NCBI GenBank assembly: GCA_017499595.2
Contig: CM039000.1
Span: 1,860,001-1,924,000, forward strand
Origin: Psilocybe cubensis
Lineage: Eukaryota
DNA: 64,000 bases
Direction: 5' to 3'
The notes below the pieces were generated by a model. It did no database searches, had not been told where the DNA came from, and saw nothing but the letters and a program-made list of their open reading frames with translations. The position numbers were made by a program, and so were the translations under genes. Shown piece after piece: positions 25,862-37,953 of the stretch. Positions within the stretch are counted from its first letter, which is position 1. Each line of letters opens with the position of its first letter.

Positions 25862-26274
25862 ATTAAAATGGAAATTATCCGTGGTATCCAAGGTAAAAGT
25901 CGGGGATGTAGAATGAGGGAGCGTGCTAGATATGCATAAAGGAGGGACGGGACGGTGGAGTCGAAGCAGGGTGGTGGTAGTTAAAAGTAGCACTGGAGTT
26001 GTCGGGCTCAGATGTTTGTCCGCCGGCTCCTTGCGGCACGCACCGTATAATTGGCAGCAACGGGGCTTTGAAACAAAACAGGCCAAGTTTCACGCTTTTT
26101 CCGATTTTCCAGGGATACGTCTTGACAGCAGCAGCTTCTGCTCCCCACTCCCTAGGTTATCGACGATGAACCACAACCCTCAGCAGTCCCGCGAGTTGGA
26201 CGATTGAAATGGATTGTATGCAAAGGCCATGCGAGTCGCGACAATACAGTGTGCTTATCTAATCTATCTAGTTA

Positions 26275-26488
26275 CACCGCTGGCGCTCATACATATTTTC
26301 AAAGAAAATAAGACCCAATAATTATGTTTCCTACATTTTTTTGACGTATTTTATTGGAATATAGACTTCGGGCTTCCCTAATTGGGTAACCCCGAACTCT
26401 TTATACGAGAAAAATACGTCAAAAACCAACAGGAAACATAATTACCAATACATATTTTTCTATCAAATATGTATCAGCGCCAGCAGTG
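26275..26488. mobile_element. 214-bp fold-back MITE-like element with a TTA target-site duplication
   Basis: The left end CACCGCTGGCGCTCATACATATTT pairs with the reverse-complemented right end CACTGCTGGCGCTGATACATATTT. Internal arms also pair. TTA flanks both sides (26272-26274, 26489-26491). Confidence 0.8.
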
Positions 26489-26564
26489 TTAATTAACCCT
26501 CCCACGTGAACCAGGCGAAAAAAACTTCCATCTTGAACAATTCAAATCCACTCATTTCTTTTTC

Positions 26565-27875
26565 ATGCAGAGTTGCTTAGGTCGACCTTCTGTTCAGACA
26601 CTTTTTACCCGCCTTGCCGATTGTTCGCTCTTTCATACTCGATTAAAACAGTCGGGTGCCAGTAAAGCCATTTTCTTGTCCTTTACCCGACGCCAACATA
26701 CCATCATGCCAAAGGCTACTGCTTCATCTTCATATCCCGTATCAGGGCTCTTCGGCGTAATCAAACCTTCTGGACCGACCAGCATGTCTATTGTAAATGA
26801 TATTCAGCTACTGCTCGCCCGCTCAAAGCTATTCGTCGATGCAGACAAGCTGGAAAAAATGAAGGGTAAGAAGATAGATCGTCGTCGCGGAAAGCACGGC
26901 CGTGAGGCGATCAAAGTTGGACAAGGTGGAACTCTTGATCCGTTAGCAGACGGCGTTTTAGGTCAGTTATTCGATAGAATGTCCTTTCTAATGTTTATTG
27001 ATAATTTTTTGTTGCAGTCATTGGAGTTGGAAAGGGTACCAAAAAGCTAAATGAATTCCTCGGCTGCACTAAGGTAAAGGCCAATTGCCAACTTCGTTGC
27101 AAACTCACCCAGCCGCTTGTAGGAATATCAAACGACATGCTTGCTTGGATGTGAAACAGATAGCTACGACAGTGAAGGCGCCCGTGTAAGACTGGCACCT
27201 TGGAAGCATGTCACCAAAGAGCAGGTAGAAGCCACAATTCCCAAATTCATAGGTGAAATAAAACAGGTTCCTCCTATGTAAGTAAATGATGTTCTCTCAA
27301 TAATCACAATAACGACCTAATGTCATATCTACTCCAGATTTTCAGCCTTAAAGATGGACGGAAAGCCTCTGTATGAATATGCTCGCAAGGGACTTCCTCT
27401 TCCACGACCCATTGAAGAACGTCAGGTTACTGTTGACTCACTGGTGCTTGTAAAATGGCTAGGCCACGATCACTCCTTTTCTTGGCCAGAAAAGCAGCTC
27501 ACCGCCGACGAGAAGAAGGCGCTAGAAGTCGCGCTTCGAAGCATTCAGGATGATTCAGTACTCAAAGATGAGCCAGAAATTGTGACAGACGGCCAATCTC
27601 CATCTGCTTTCGTTTTGAAAATGAAGGTTTCTGGAGGAACGTATGTCCGATCTATTGTCCATGACCTTGCACATGCCATCGATTCCGCTGGGCATGTCGT
27701 CACCTTGACACGCTCGCGTCAAGGAAGATTTGTCCTTGACCCTGTCGAAGACGGCGACCGTGGATGTATCCCATGGGAAATCTTTGAAAGGGCATTGGCT
27801 GATGTCGGTGACGTTGACGAAGACGGCTGGACGGAATGGGAAAGGGAAGTCATCAAACATCTGGAAATTGTTTGA
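26565..27875 (+). CDS. PUS4: tRNA pseudouridine-55 synthase (TruB/Pus4)
   Basis: Contains GLFGVIKPSGPTSM, KVGQGGTLDPLADGVL with the catalytic Asp, [23 protein letters not shown] and VSGGTYVRSIVHDL. A second in-frame ATG lies at 26706. Confidence 0.93.
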
Positions 27876-28576
27876 AAACTTCATCCCGTTTTTGACCCCA
27901 TGTCAACTAGGCATCGTTGTCTCCTCCAAGGAGAATCCTCCGTATAATATCGCCACTTTCTGAGCTGGCACAGTCCAACGCTCAATGACCCTAGGAATAA
28001 CTTCTGACATGGCAATTGAGAGTGTTGCTGTGAGAACAGCGATAACGAGAAGTTCGTTTCCGTGACCCTCCACTTGTGACTTGACTACTTGGAAGCCCAA
28101 TAGAGACCCGTGCCCGTATTGTCTATAATCAAAGAAGGTCTCTTTTGCTCCAACCAGACGATCATCTGAAGCTCATAGGCTACTGCTGACGGGCCACAGT
28201 ATAGCAGCACTATAAATGACAGCTCCGTTCGGGCAATGCAAACCCTCTTTCCTTCTGCATGAATGAAAACTGATTTTGGCTTTCTGTCGAGGTCATTGTT
28301 TCATGAATTTGAAAGGTGGTGAGTACCTGTAACAGACTGCCTAGCTTGCAAGAATTCGATGAAGATTTTTAACGTAAGACACTGGCAGTATTTGCACCAG
28401 TCAGGAACATGAAGATACCTGTGCATAATAACCATCAATAGGCAATTTCGCTCGTATGTAAATGAATTTAAAGGCCTCTCTCTCTCACCTGACGTCTCCG
28501 AGGACAACAACCCCGGGTACTTCTCCCTGATATGAGAAGAGCGTACTTTCTTTCGGCCAGTCTGTAAATCCGAAAA

Positions 28577-28625
28577 CGGACCGGAAGGGTCAAAGGATGA
28601 ACATCGGCCCGTGTATTCCGGTCCG
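28577..28625. promoter_or_regulatory. Perfect 10-bp CGG-rich inverted repeat upstream of the aldolase gene
   Basis: CGGACCGGAA (28577-28586) and TTCCGGTCCG (28616-28625) lie just upstream of a TATA-like TTTATATA. Confidence 0.45.
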
Positions 28626-28709
28626 AATTCTGGAGGTTTATATACTTCGTTTATGGCGAGAACGAATGCGATTGTAACTCCCAACCAAAGTCAACACCTT
28701 GTATACACT

Positions 28710-29967
28710 ATGGCTGCCAACGGCTATCATCCAAGTACAACAATCCGTCCGCTGAGGGCTGGGATATATGCCCCCATTCTTACCTTTTTTGCACCGGATT
28801 CTGAAGATCTGGGTTTGGTTTTTCGACAATTACTTTGTTCTTGAGCCTCACAATTTTCCTATCAGACATTCCTACCTTTGAGTCTCATGTTACACGTCTT
28901 GCAGCTGCAGGAGTGGGACCTCTCATTGCAGGTTCCATGGGAGAAGCAATCCATTTATCTCACTCCGAAAGGGTGAAACTCATTCACGCGGCCCGGAAAG
29001 CGCTCGACAACGCAGGTTTCGGACAAGTCCCTATCATTGCCGGTACTGGGGCGGGGAGTACAAGAGAGACGCTAGAGCTTACGAACGAGGCAGCAGCAGC
29101 CGGTGCTGATTATTGTATTGTCATTGCGAGCGGATACTTTGCTGCTGCGTTGGCAAATAACAGAGCTGCATTGAAGGCTTACTTTGTTGAGGTCTCCGAG
29201 AAAAGTCCAATTCCAGTGATGATCTATAACTGTATGTCTTCTATAATGGAAATATTTCTCTCATTTACACCACATTGCAGATCCTGGGGCAAGCGGCGGG
29301 ATTGATTTGGACTCTGATCTAATAACAGAACTTGCCAGAGAGTGTCCTAATATCTGTGGAGTTAAACTCACGTGCGTTTGTTCATTCATACAATGGTAGA
29401 CTACTGACACTTTATTGATGATAGTTGCGCCAATGTTGGGAAACTCACAAGAATTGCCGATGCCATTGCAGATCCATCTTTTTATGCTTTACACCCACGT
29501 AAGAATAATAATGCACCTTTCCTTGTTTTGGGCGGGTATATCGATTTCCTGGTCCCATCTTCCTATGCAAATGGCCACGGCGCTATTACTGGTCTTGCAA
29601 ATCTATTTCCAGTAAGTTGCGCCTTTTCCTCGGCTCGTTTATTTTTATGTTGATTCTAAACCTTGGCTATTTGTAGAACGCTATTGTGCACTTATTCAAG
29701 CTTTCTGAAGCTTCGAAGAAGGACCAGTCCATTCTCGCCGAATCTCAGCGTGTCCAGGGAATAATTGCCCGGGCGGACTTCACTATCTCAAAGGCCTCAA
29801 TTGCTGGTACGAAATACCTTTTGGAACGAACACAAGGATATGGAGGTCTACCAAGGAAGCCTCTTTCTCCTATTGAATCTGCTGCGGCACAAGCTCTTTG
29901 GGAACACGCGGATACACAAGCTGCCCTCAAACTAGAACGTGAACTTATTGGAAAAGTACATGCTTGA
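28710..29967 (+). CDS. Dihydrodipicolinate synthase-family aldolase (L-threo-3-deoxy-hexulosonate aldolase-like)
   Basis: Contains GIYAPILTFF, AGSMGEAIHLS, PIIAGTGAGSTRET, PIPVMIYNYPG and the Schiff-base Lys in ICGVKLTCANVGKL. Confidence 0.88.
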
Positions 29968-31444
29968 ACTACTGTAAAGACATTGACGGCAATTGGTAAA
30001 TTCTTAAATGCTGGCTATGTTCTCATATGATGCTCATTGTCTTAAGTTCAGTTTCGAGATTATGCACTGCGAAGTCGGATATGATGAGTGAAGCCCCATT
30101 TGGTTCAAGTTCTTCAGTTTTGCAATGATTATCTTCTTGTATAATGTTCCAATCTTCATTCAATATCTGTCATTCACATCGCCTCATTTTTCTCAGACGT
30201 TTAGGATTAAGTCGGCCAACGAGACTTCAGATATGATGTTCGATATGCTCTCTTCAGCTCTGTAGCCTTTTGATCCCGATCGAAACAACAGATTCATAAG
30301 AATTGAAGACAACAGGAAGTGCAACGAAATTTGTTGCTTCTACGTTGAACCTATCTACGTATGCAAGTTTGGTTGCAGCTAACTTTTCCAAGAGCCACAA
30401 AGTCACCGTCAACACACGAGGCCCATTCGTTTGCCGCAAATGGCTTGAGAAAAACAGTATCGTACATATCGTCCAGAGCCCTTACTGTGACACTGGACTT
30501 GTGCGACCATTGTTGACAATCGGCGTTCTTCCTTCCAGCAGCCATGCTGAACAGTGTCCACGAAGATATGAGTAATGCATGCTCCAAGAATGGATGCTGA
30601 AAACGACTATACATTAAAATGGGACAAACGTAGTAGATCGCTAACCAATGCACATATGTACATGTAAGTATTTGCCTGTGCTAAATGTACCCCTTCCATA
30701 TGGGGAAGGAATCTCCTCTCATCAATGACCACGCGGGCGACTTTAAAGCAAGATTACTGACAGTACACGCACAACTCTGTAACGAACCTGACGCGCCAAG
30801 GTCCTGAATAGGCTTACATGATCCATGGTTCCGGGGATTTATCAATCGCTCTCTTTATCCTGGAGAGGGACATGTTGGCATTGTCTTTCGTCAATTCAAG
30901 GGTGAGAGGCATCACAAATCATCGACATGCGTGTGTATTAATCTAGTTTCTTGCACATGGTCAAGCTTGACAGTGGTATGGTTGGCAAACTTTGTGTGCA
31001 GGGTGATAAAGGTAACCGTGACGGCGCTAATGTTGTTTGTATGGATCGTGATATGTTCATTGCGATATGACCCGAAGCATATTCAAGGATCATGGCTTAC
31101 AATGCTACTTGTCGTCCATGATAGATTTTTGAGTTGAGCTATTGAACCTGAACACAGAAGGAGTTGAAAATGTAACAAGTGCGATAGCGTTAGCGTGGCA
31201 AGGCTAATGTGAATTTGCAATGCGATCAGGCCCTGATCGCAGTGTGGGGTAAAACTACCTTGGCCGACGGCCCGGGGTTGCCTGTTCAAGTTGAAGGACG
31301 GCAATCTCCTGAGATCAATTCAAGTGACTGCATGTTCTAGGAGAGGCAGAGGGGTTGAGAAAGTCAACAACCAACGCCTGTTTGCAACGTAGCCCTCTTT
31401 CCCCTGTCAGCGACACGTAGTATCTCCCTTTCTTTCATACTCCC

Positions 31445-34400
31445 ATGGGCGTAAGGCCCTACATTGTGATGAATTTACCTTGCAAGAGTCGTCGCGTTGC
31501 GTCGGCCATTGTTGTGGCTCTTGCATCTCGAGGCAACACTTCAGTTCACTGAATTCCGAGTTAGCGTACTGACAACACTCTGCTATGCAGGCTCTCGATG
31601 CTTTCATACGACACTGAAGGCCTTTAATACGATCTCGGAGAAACCCCCGTCTGACGGCTCTGGAGTTCCTTATAGCTCACTTACGGTCGGAGTTCCTCGT
31701 GAAGTCTTTCCAAACGAACGCAGGGTTGCTCTCACTCCACAGAATGCTGCTTTGTTGCGCAAAAAGGGATTCCGAAATGTTCTGGTTGAACGCAATGCCG
31801 GCACTGAGGCCCAGTTTCTTGACGAGCAATATGCTGCCGCTGGCGCAACTTTGGTCTCCCAGGAAGAACTGTACAAATCTGCCGATATCTTGCTCAAAGT
31901 CCGGGCACCAACACTTGGAGAAGAAATAGAACATCTAAAGGAAGGAAGCACTATTATATCTTTCTTATACCCAGCGCAAAACAAACCTGTCGTTGATGCT
32001 TTAGCTGCACGGAAAGTCGACGCATTTGCGGTATGTACGAAAATCACGATGAAAGTAATTGCAGACCTTGAACTATCTTTCAGATGGATATGATACCTAG
32101 AATTTCCCGAGCACAGGTTTTCGACGCACTCAGGTCAGGCCTTTTCAAACCCTAAACCTTTGCCATATCATTTACTTTGTTTCTCAGTTCTATGGCAAAT
32201 ATTGCGGGATACAAAGCCGTTTTAGAGGCATCTAATCATTTCGGTAGATTCATTACAGGACAGGTTACAGCAGCAGGGTATGTCTATTATTTGCTATATA
32301 ACACTTTGCAAGCATGGACTTCGTGCCATCTAACACGTTAGACAGAAAAGTATGTGTATATGACTGTCCAGGTGTTCATTACCCTTACACCTTATTTAGA
32401 TCCCCCCTTGCAAAGTTTTGGTCATAGGTGCCGGAGTAGCTGGATTAAGCGCCATTGCAACCGTATGTCAATTTGCCGGAGTATATGTGAATTACGACAT
32501 TAACCATGACGCCGTACATACCAGGCTAGACGTCTAGGGGCCATAGTTAGAGGCTTTGACACACGATCCGCTGCACGGGAGCAGGTTCAATCACTGGGCG
32601 CCGAATTCATTGAAGTTGATATACAGGAGGAGGGTGGTGGCGGCGGCGGCTACGCAAAGGTCATGTCCAAGGAATTTATTGCAGCTGAAATGGCTCTTTT
32701 TATGGAACAGTGCAAGGACGTCGACATTGTAATCACTACAGTGAGTTCACATGAACAATACTTTTGGCAATTGTTAGATTTCTTTTTCCAGGCTTTGATT
32801 CCTGGACAGCCGGCTCCCAAGCTGATCACTCATGAGATGATTGCAGCAATGAAGCAGGGCTCGGTTATTGTCGACCTCGCCGCCGAAGCCGGTGGTAACT
32901 GTGAAGCAACACGTCCCGGGGAACTTAACGTCCAGTCGGGCGTAACAATCATTGGTAGGTTTCAATAGACGTCACGTTAATATCCACGGTTGAGGTTTGT
33001 AAATTAGGATACACGGACTTACCTTCAAGACTGCCAACTCAGTCTTCTACGTTGTATTCCAACAATATCACCAAGTTCTTGCTCTCAATTGGTGGCGACG
33101 GGAAATATTCGATTGATTTGAAGGATGAAGTTGTTCGAGGATCCCTCATCGTGCAAAATGGCAGTGTTCTCCCCCCTGTTCCACGGACAATGCCACCCCC
33201 AGTTGCCGCTCCACCCGCAAAGGTAGAAGAAACCGTCAAGGCTATCACACCTTGGCAAAAAGCGTCCCGAGAGGTCGCCCTTGTGACCGCTGGAATGGGT
33301 GGTATCGTTGGCCTTGGTAAAGCAACGGGCACTTCATTTATGGACAGTTTCTTTACTTTCGGTCTTGCTGGTCTTGTGGGATATAGGCATGTTTTGCAAT
33401 TTCTGCATCTTATTCTAAAAATTAATGTTGTCCTTCAGAGTGGTATGGGGTGTAGCACCTGCTTTACACTCCCCTTTGATGTCTGTAACAAATGCTATAT
33501 CAGGTTTGGTGAGTATTTTTTGGCAATTGAATTCAGGGAGATCGACGCTAACTCTGGTTACAATTAGGTGGGCGTTGCTGGTATGTTTGTTATGGGCGGA
33601 GGATATCTACCAGGGACTGTTCCTCAAGCTCTTGGAGCACTCGCTGTTCTGCTCGCAAGTGTGAACGTCGCTGGTGGTTTTATCTTAACTAAACGGATGC
33701 TGGACATGTTCAAACGTAAGACAATGTCCCTACATGATCCGCCCTAGCTCAAATTTCTCCTTAGGGCCGACTGATCCTCCCGAGTATTCTTGGTTATATG
33801 CTATTCCTGGAGTGGTATTTACAGGAGGATTCCTAGCAGCAGCTAGCACTGGTATGGCAGGCCTCGTTCAAGCCGGCTATTTGGCCAGCAGTATTCTTTG
33901 CATTGGTTAGTTATATAAACGGAGAAGGCTGGTATCTTGGGTATCTGATCATTGTTCACTTTTCTTAGGCTCTCTTTCTGGATTGGGATCGCAGACAACT
34001 GCAAGGCAAGGAAATGCTCTCGGAATTCTAGGTGTCAGCTCTGGTGTTCTCGCCTCGTTGGCCGCCGTTGGCTTCCCACCTGAAGTCATTGCACAATTCG
34101 CTGGAGTTGCCACTATTGGAGGCATTGTCGGGTCCATCATAGGCAGGCGTGTAACTGCGACAGAGTTACCACAGACCGTTGCACTACTTCACTCTATTGT
34201 CGGTCTCTCTGCTGTTTTAACAAGTATAGGAAGCGTACTTCAAGATACTGCTCATTTGTCCACCCTTCATATGGTCACCGCGTATCTTGGGGTAGTTATT
34301 GGAGGCATCACATTCACCGGATCAATCGTGGCGTTCCTCAAATTGGCTGCGAAAATGTCCAGCAAACCCCTTGTTCTCCCTGGAAAACACCTTGTTAACG

Positions 34401-35842
34401 TCAGCTTGCTTGGTGCCAATGCAGCCACAATGGCAGGGTTTTTGACTATGGCAACCCCCACGCCCTTGGTAGCAGCTTCGTTCCTGGGCGCTAGTACAGT
34501 TCTCAGTTTCTTAAAAGGGTACACTACAACAGCAGCTATTGGAGGAGCGGATATGCGTATGTGTTTTGGGGCCAACTCCTGTGACCATTCTAATGCTTCT
34601 TTGCACTAGCCGTTGTGATTACTGTTTTAAATGCATATTCGTAAGTCTCAATGCTCTATTTTATTAATGCATCTACAATTATGTTTACAGGGGGTTCGCC
34701 CTTGTGGCTGAAGGTTGAACCATATCTATTCATCGATTCCCACTTGTTAATGTATACACAGGTTTTATGTTGGACAATCCACTACTGGTCTCCGTCGGTT
34801 CCCTTATTGGTGTTAGTGGTTCAATTTTGTCTTACATTATGGTTAGTTATTTCATCACTATCAAGCCGAAACCCATCCTCATTCGATGTGCAAACAGTGT
34901 ATTGCCATGAACCGATCCCTCACGAATGTCCTCTTTGGAGGAATAAGTGCGCCTGTATCTACTGAAGCTCATAAAATCGAAGGAACGATCACCAAAACAA
35001 CGGTGGATGATACAGCCGACGCGTTGGCGAATGCAGATAGTGTTATATTAGTATGTGCTTTTGACAATAGGGGGACTATGTTGTTAATGTGGAGGAACCT
35101 CTAGGTGGTTGGTTATGGAATGGCAGTAGCGAAAGCACAGTATGCTATATCAGAAATCACCGCTATGCTGCGATCAAAGGGCATCACAGTCCGCGTGAGT
35201 TTTCTGACTAATATTCTTACCTCTGGATTACATCTGTCTTTAGTTCGCCATCCATCCAGTGGCAGGCCGAATGCCCGGGCAGTGTAATGTGCTGCTAGCA
35301 GAAGCATCAGTGCCATACGATAGTACGTCATCTCCCATATCACAATGCGTTTACACAGTCTTATAATATTCTAGTTGTTCTCGAAATGGACGAGATAAAC
35401 GATGACTTCAAGGACACCGACGTCACTTTGGTCATTGGGGCCAATGATACAGTAAATCCGATTGCATTAGAACCTGGTTCGGCCATTGCGGTATGTCTAT
35501 ATTTGCTAACCAGATGGCATGGATTGATTTTATAAACCATGTAAAGGGTATGCCCGTCCTCCATGCATGGAAAAGCAAACAAGTCATCGTGATGAAGCGA
35601 GGACTTGCTAGTGGCTATGGTCCGTAATTTAGCAACATGCTATGCAGGGTATTATGGCTAATGAAAGCACAGCCGATGTACCTAATCCGATGTTCTATAT
35701 GCCGGGAACCAAGATGTTATTTGGAGACGCAAAAGATACTTGCGAAGGTAAACCTCACTACAGTTTTAATGAGTGAACGTATCTAATCAGTGCCACTTAA
35801 TCAGCCATCAAGCGCAGTCTCGAAACTCGCTTTGGGAAGTAA
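31445..35842 (+). CDS. NNT: Mitochondrial proton-translocating NAD(P)+ transhydrogenase (alpha-beta fusion); start approximate
   Basis: Contains [108 protein letters not shown] and GANDTVNP. Confidence 0.96.
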
Positions 35843-36222
35843 ATTTCTTACCGAAATCTTGTATATACCATGTTAGCTGGATGTTTGTATTTTTATTTGT
35901 CCAACCGTTTTTGACCAATGTAGTTGCGACTCTGCAATCTATTGAAAGAATGAATCTAACTGCGCTTCTACAATTATACACATTTGCTTGGATTATTGTG
36001 CTTCACACCGTCTCAAAAGAAATCTCTAATCAGTCTGTATTCAAAGTGCTACGTATTACTTAAGATTCGTTGGTCATATCTGGTCATAATTATCAACAAG
36101 TCCATCATCTTCTAACCAATGAAAGATCCTGGGTATGATAGAAAATTGCGCGTGAAGTGTTAAACTATAAGATTAGGGAGTTGGTCAAACACTAAAGATA
36201 GGAAGTCCATAGGTTGTCTTTA

Positions 36223-37706
36223 TTATCGAATAATAAACGATCTTGTTTCAGACTCTGGTGGGTTTGGCGTTGCAACTAATGATGAAGACATGGAGGACAA
36301 GGATGTTGTTGAAGAGATGGCAGAAAGGTTGACATAGTGTGGTTGCGTGGACGTGAGAGGGTGTTCGTCTTTCTTTTCGTTTTTGAGCCACATCCACGAA
36401 TCCTTATTGATGGCGAGATTAATACGAGCTGGATGTTGGTTGTAAAGCCATGTGGCAATGAGGACGATAACAGATCCAAGCACGAAGGTGATGGTCATTT
36501 GGAAATTGAACAGAGCCACTGAAGCCAGGAAAGAGATGACAATGCTGAGACTGGTGGCAAAGCCTTTGAGAATGTTGTCGGAGTATTTGATGACCATGGC
36601 TGTTACCAGCCCACCCAAAACTTGAACCCAGACGGTTGCCCATGCCCATGCTCCGAAATTCTCAAATAATGAAGAAGTAAGGCTTTTTCCGATTTGGGCA
36701 CCATTGCTTTGTTGGTCGAAAATAATAGGTGCGAGTGCGGGCAGAAGTGAAAATAGGGAAAGTTGCACATTGCGAACCCAGAGATCGGCCTGAGAGTTCT
36801 TAAGAACCATCTCAAAGTATACGCCAGCAAGGCCAGACGTAAAGCAGGCAGCAAAGACGGCTAAGAAGCCCTTCATAGGATTCATTGAGTGCGCAACAAC
36901 GTTTGTTGATGGAGCCACCGAAGCCGATTTATCCACGCCGGATTGGATTTGAACGATTCCAACACCGATAGCAAGGAACAACAATGATATCCATTGGGCT
37001 GTCGATAGTTTCTTGCGTAAAAGCAAGACGGAAAATGCTGCTGTCGTTAATATCTTCATTTGATAGGTCACTTGAAATGTGGCAGCCTCTAGATTGGATG
37101 CAGCCACGTATTGCAGATTATTTTGGATGACTAGCTGGAATGTTACTAACGAGAGCCATGACAGATATAAAGGGAGAATTACCGTAGAGAATAGCGGGAA
37201 TTGACAGCTTCCAGCAATCTTGACTGAATATTTCCTTCGACAACTTCCGGAGGCGGACAGATAGGCGATTGACGAGCGACCGCTGAGATATGTGAGAGAC
37301 TTGCCCCACTTCATACGCAGAAGGGGATTCGATACGAGCAAATGCAATAAGAAGGGAGATTGTCCCTTTCAAAATTTCGTTCATTAAAACAGCCGTTGCT
37401 GCGGAATAGGTACGTGAAGGTGGAGTAGAGACGCGAGAATAGTGCATGATGATAGTGAGTGCTGAATTTTGAACCGCCAGAGTTACCAATCTGTAGAACA
37501 GTACGATATTTCAGCTTCACGTTTAAGCATTCAACGACATTCTACAGTACTGACGAGAGGTACTTGAGGGGTATGCCCCATAGCGACGGGAGGGATTGGG
37601 TTGGAGGAGGATTATTCGTCATGGCGAGCTCGATGTCCGAGTCGCGATCGTCATTGTCCTTTGCCTTCAGACTTATACTGAGCTGAGGCAGGTGTGGGTT
37701 GGACAT
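36223..37706 (-). CDS. Nucleotide-sugar (UDP-galactose/UDP-GlcNAc) transporter, SLC35A family
   Basis: Contains LVTLAVQNSALTIIMHYSR, KLSIPAILY, QNNLQYVAASNL, YQMKILTTA, SGLAGVYFEMVLK and KYSDNILKGFATS. Confidence 0.93.
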
Positions 37707-37953
37707 GAGATAAATAGGAGGTTAAGAGGCAACCAGGATTTGATCTGGGGCGGTCGTTCTAATAGTTGTTGATTGCGCAGCGTCCAAGCCTTTTCCTAAT
37801 GCGTCTCGATCACTTTTTTTCTCCTGTCAGATTTAAGGTTACGTTGTATAACGTACAAATCTGACGTGTTCCCATAGTTTGTGCTAGACATATACATGTG
37901 TGTACTACCCGGAAAAGCAACTAATCTTGCAGTCTTATAATTCGCCGCACTCT

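Noticed and set aside
27903-28684. Minus-strand ORFs between PUS4 and the aldolase
   Set aside because: No start context, family motif or coherent exon chain; could be a relic but is unsupported.
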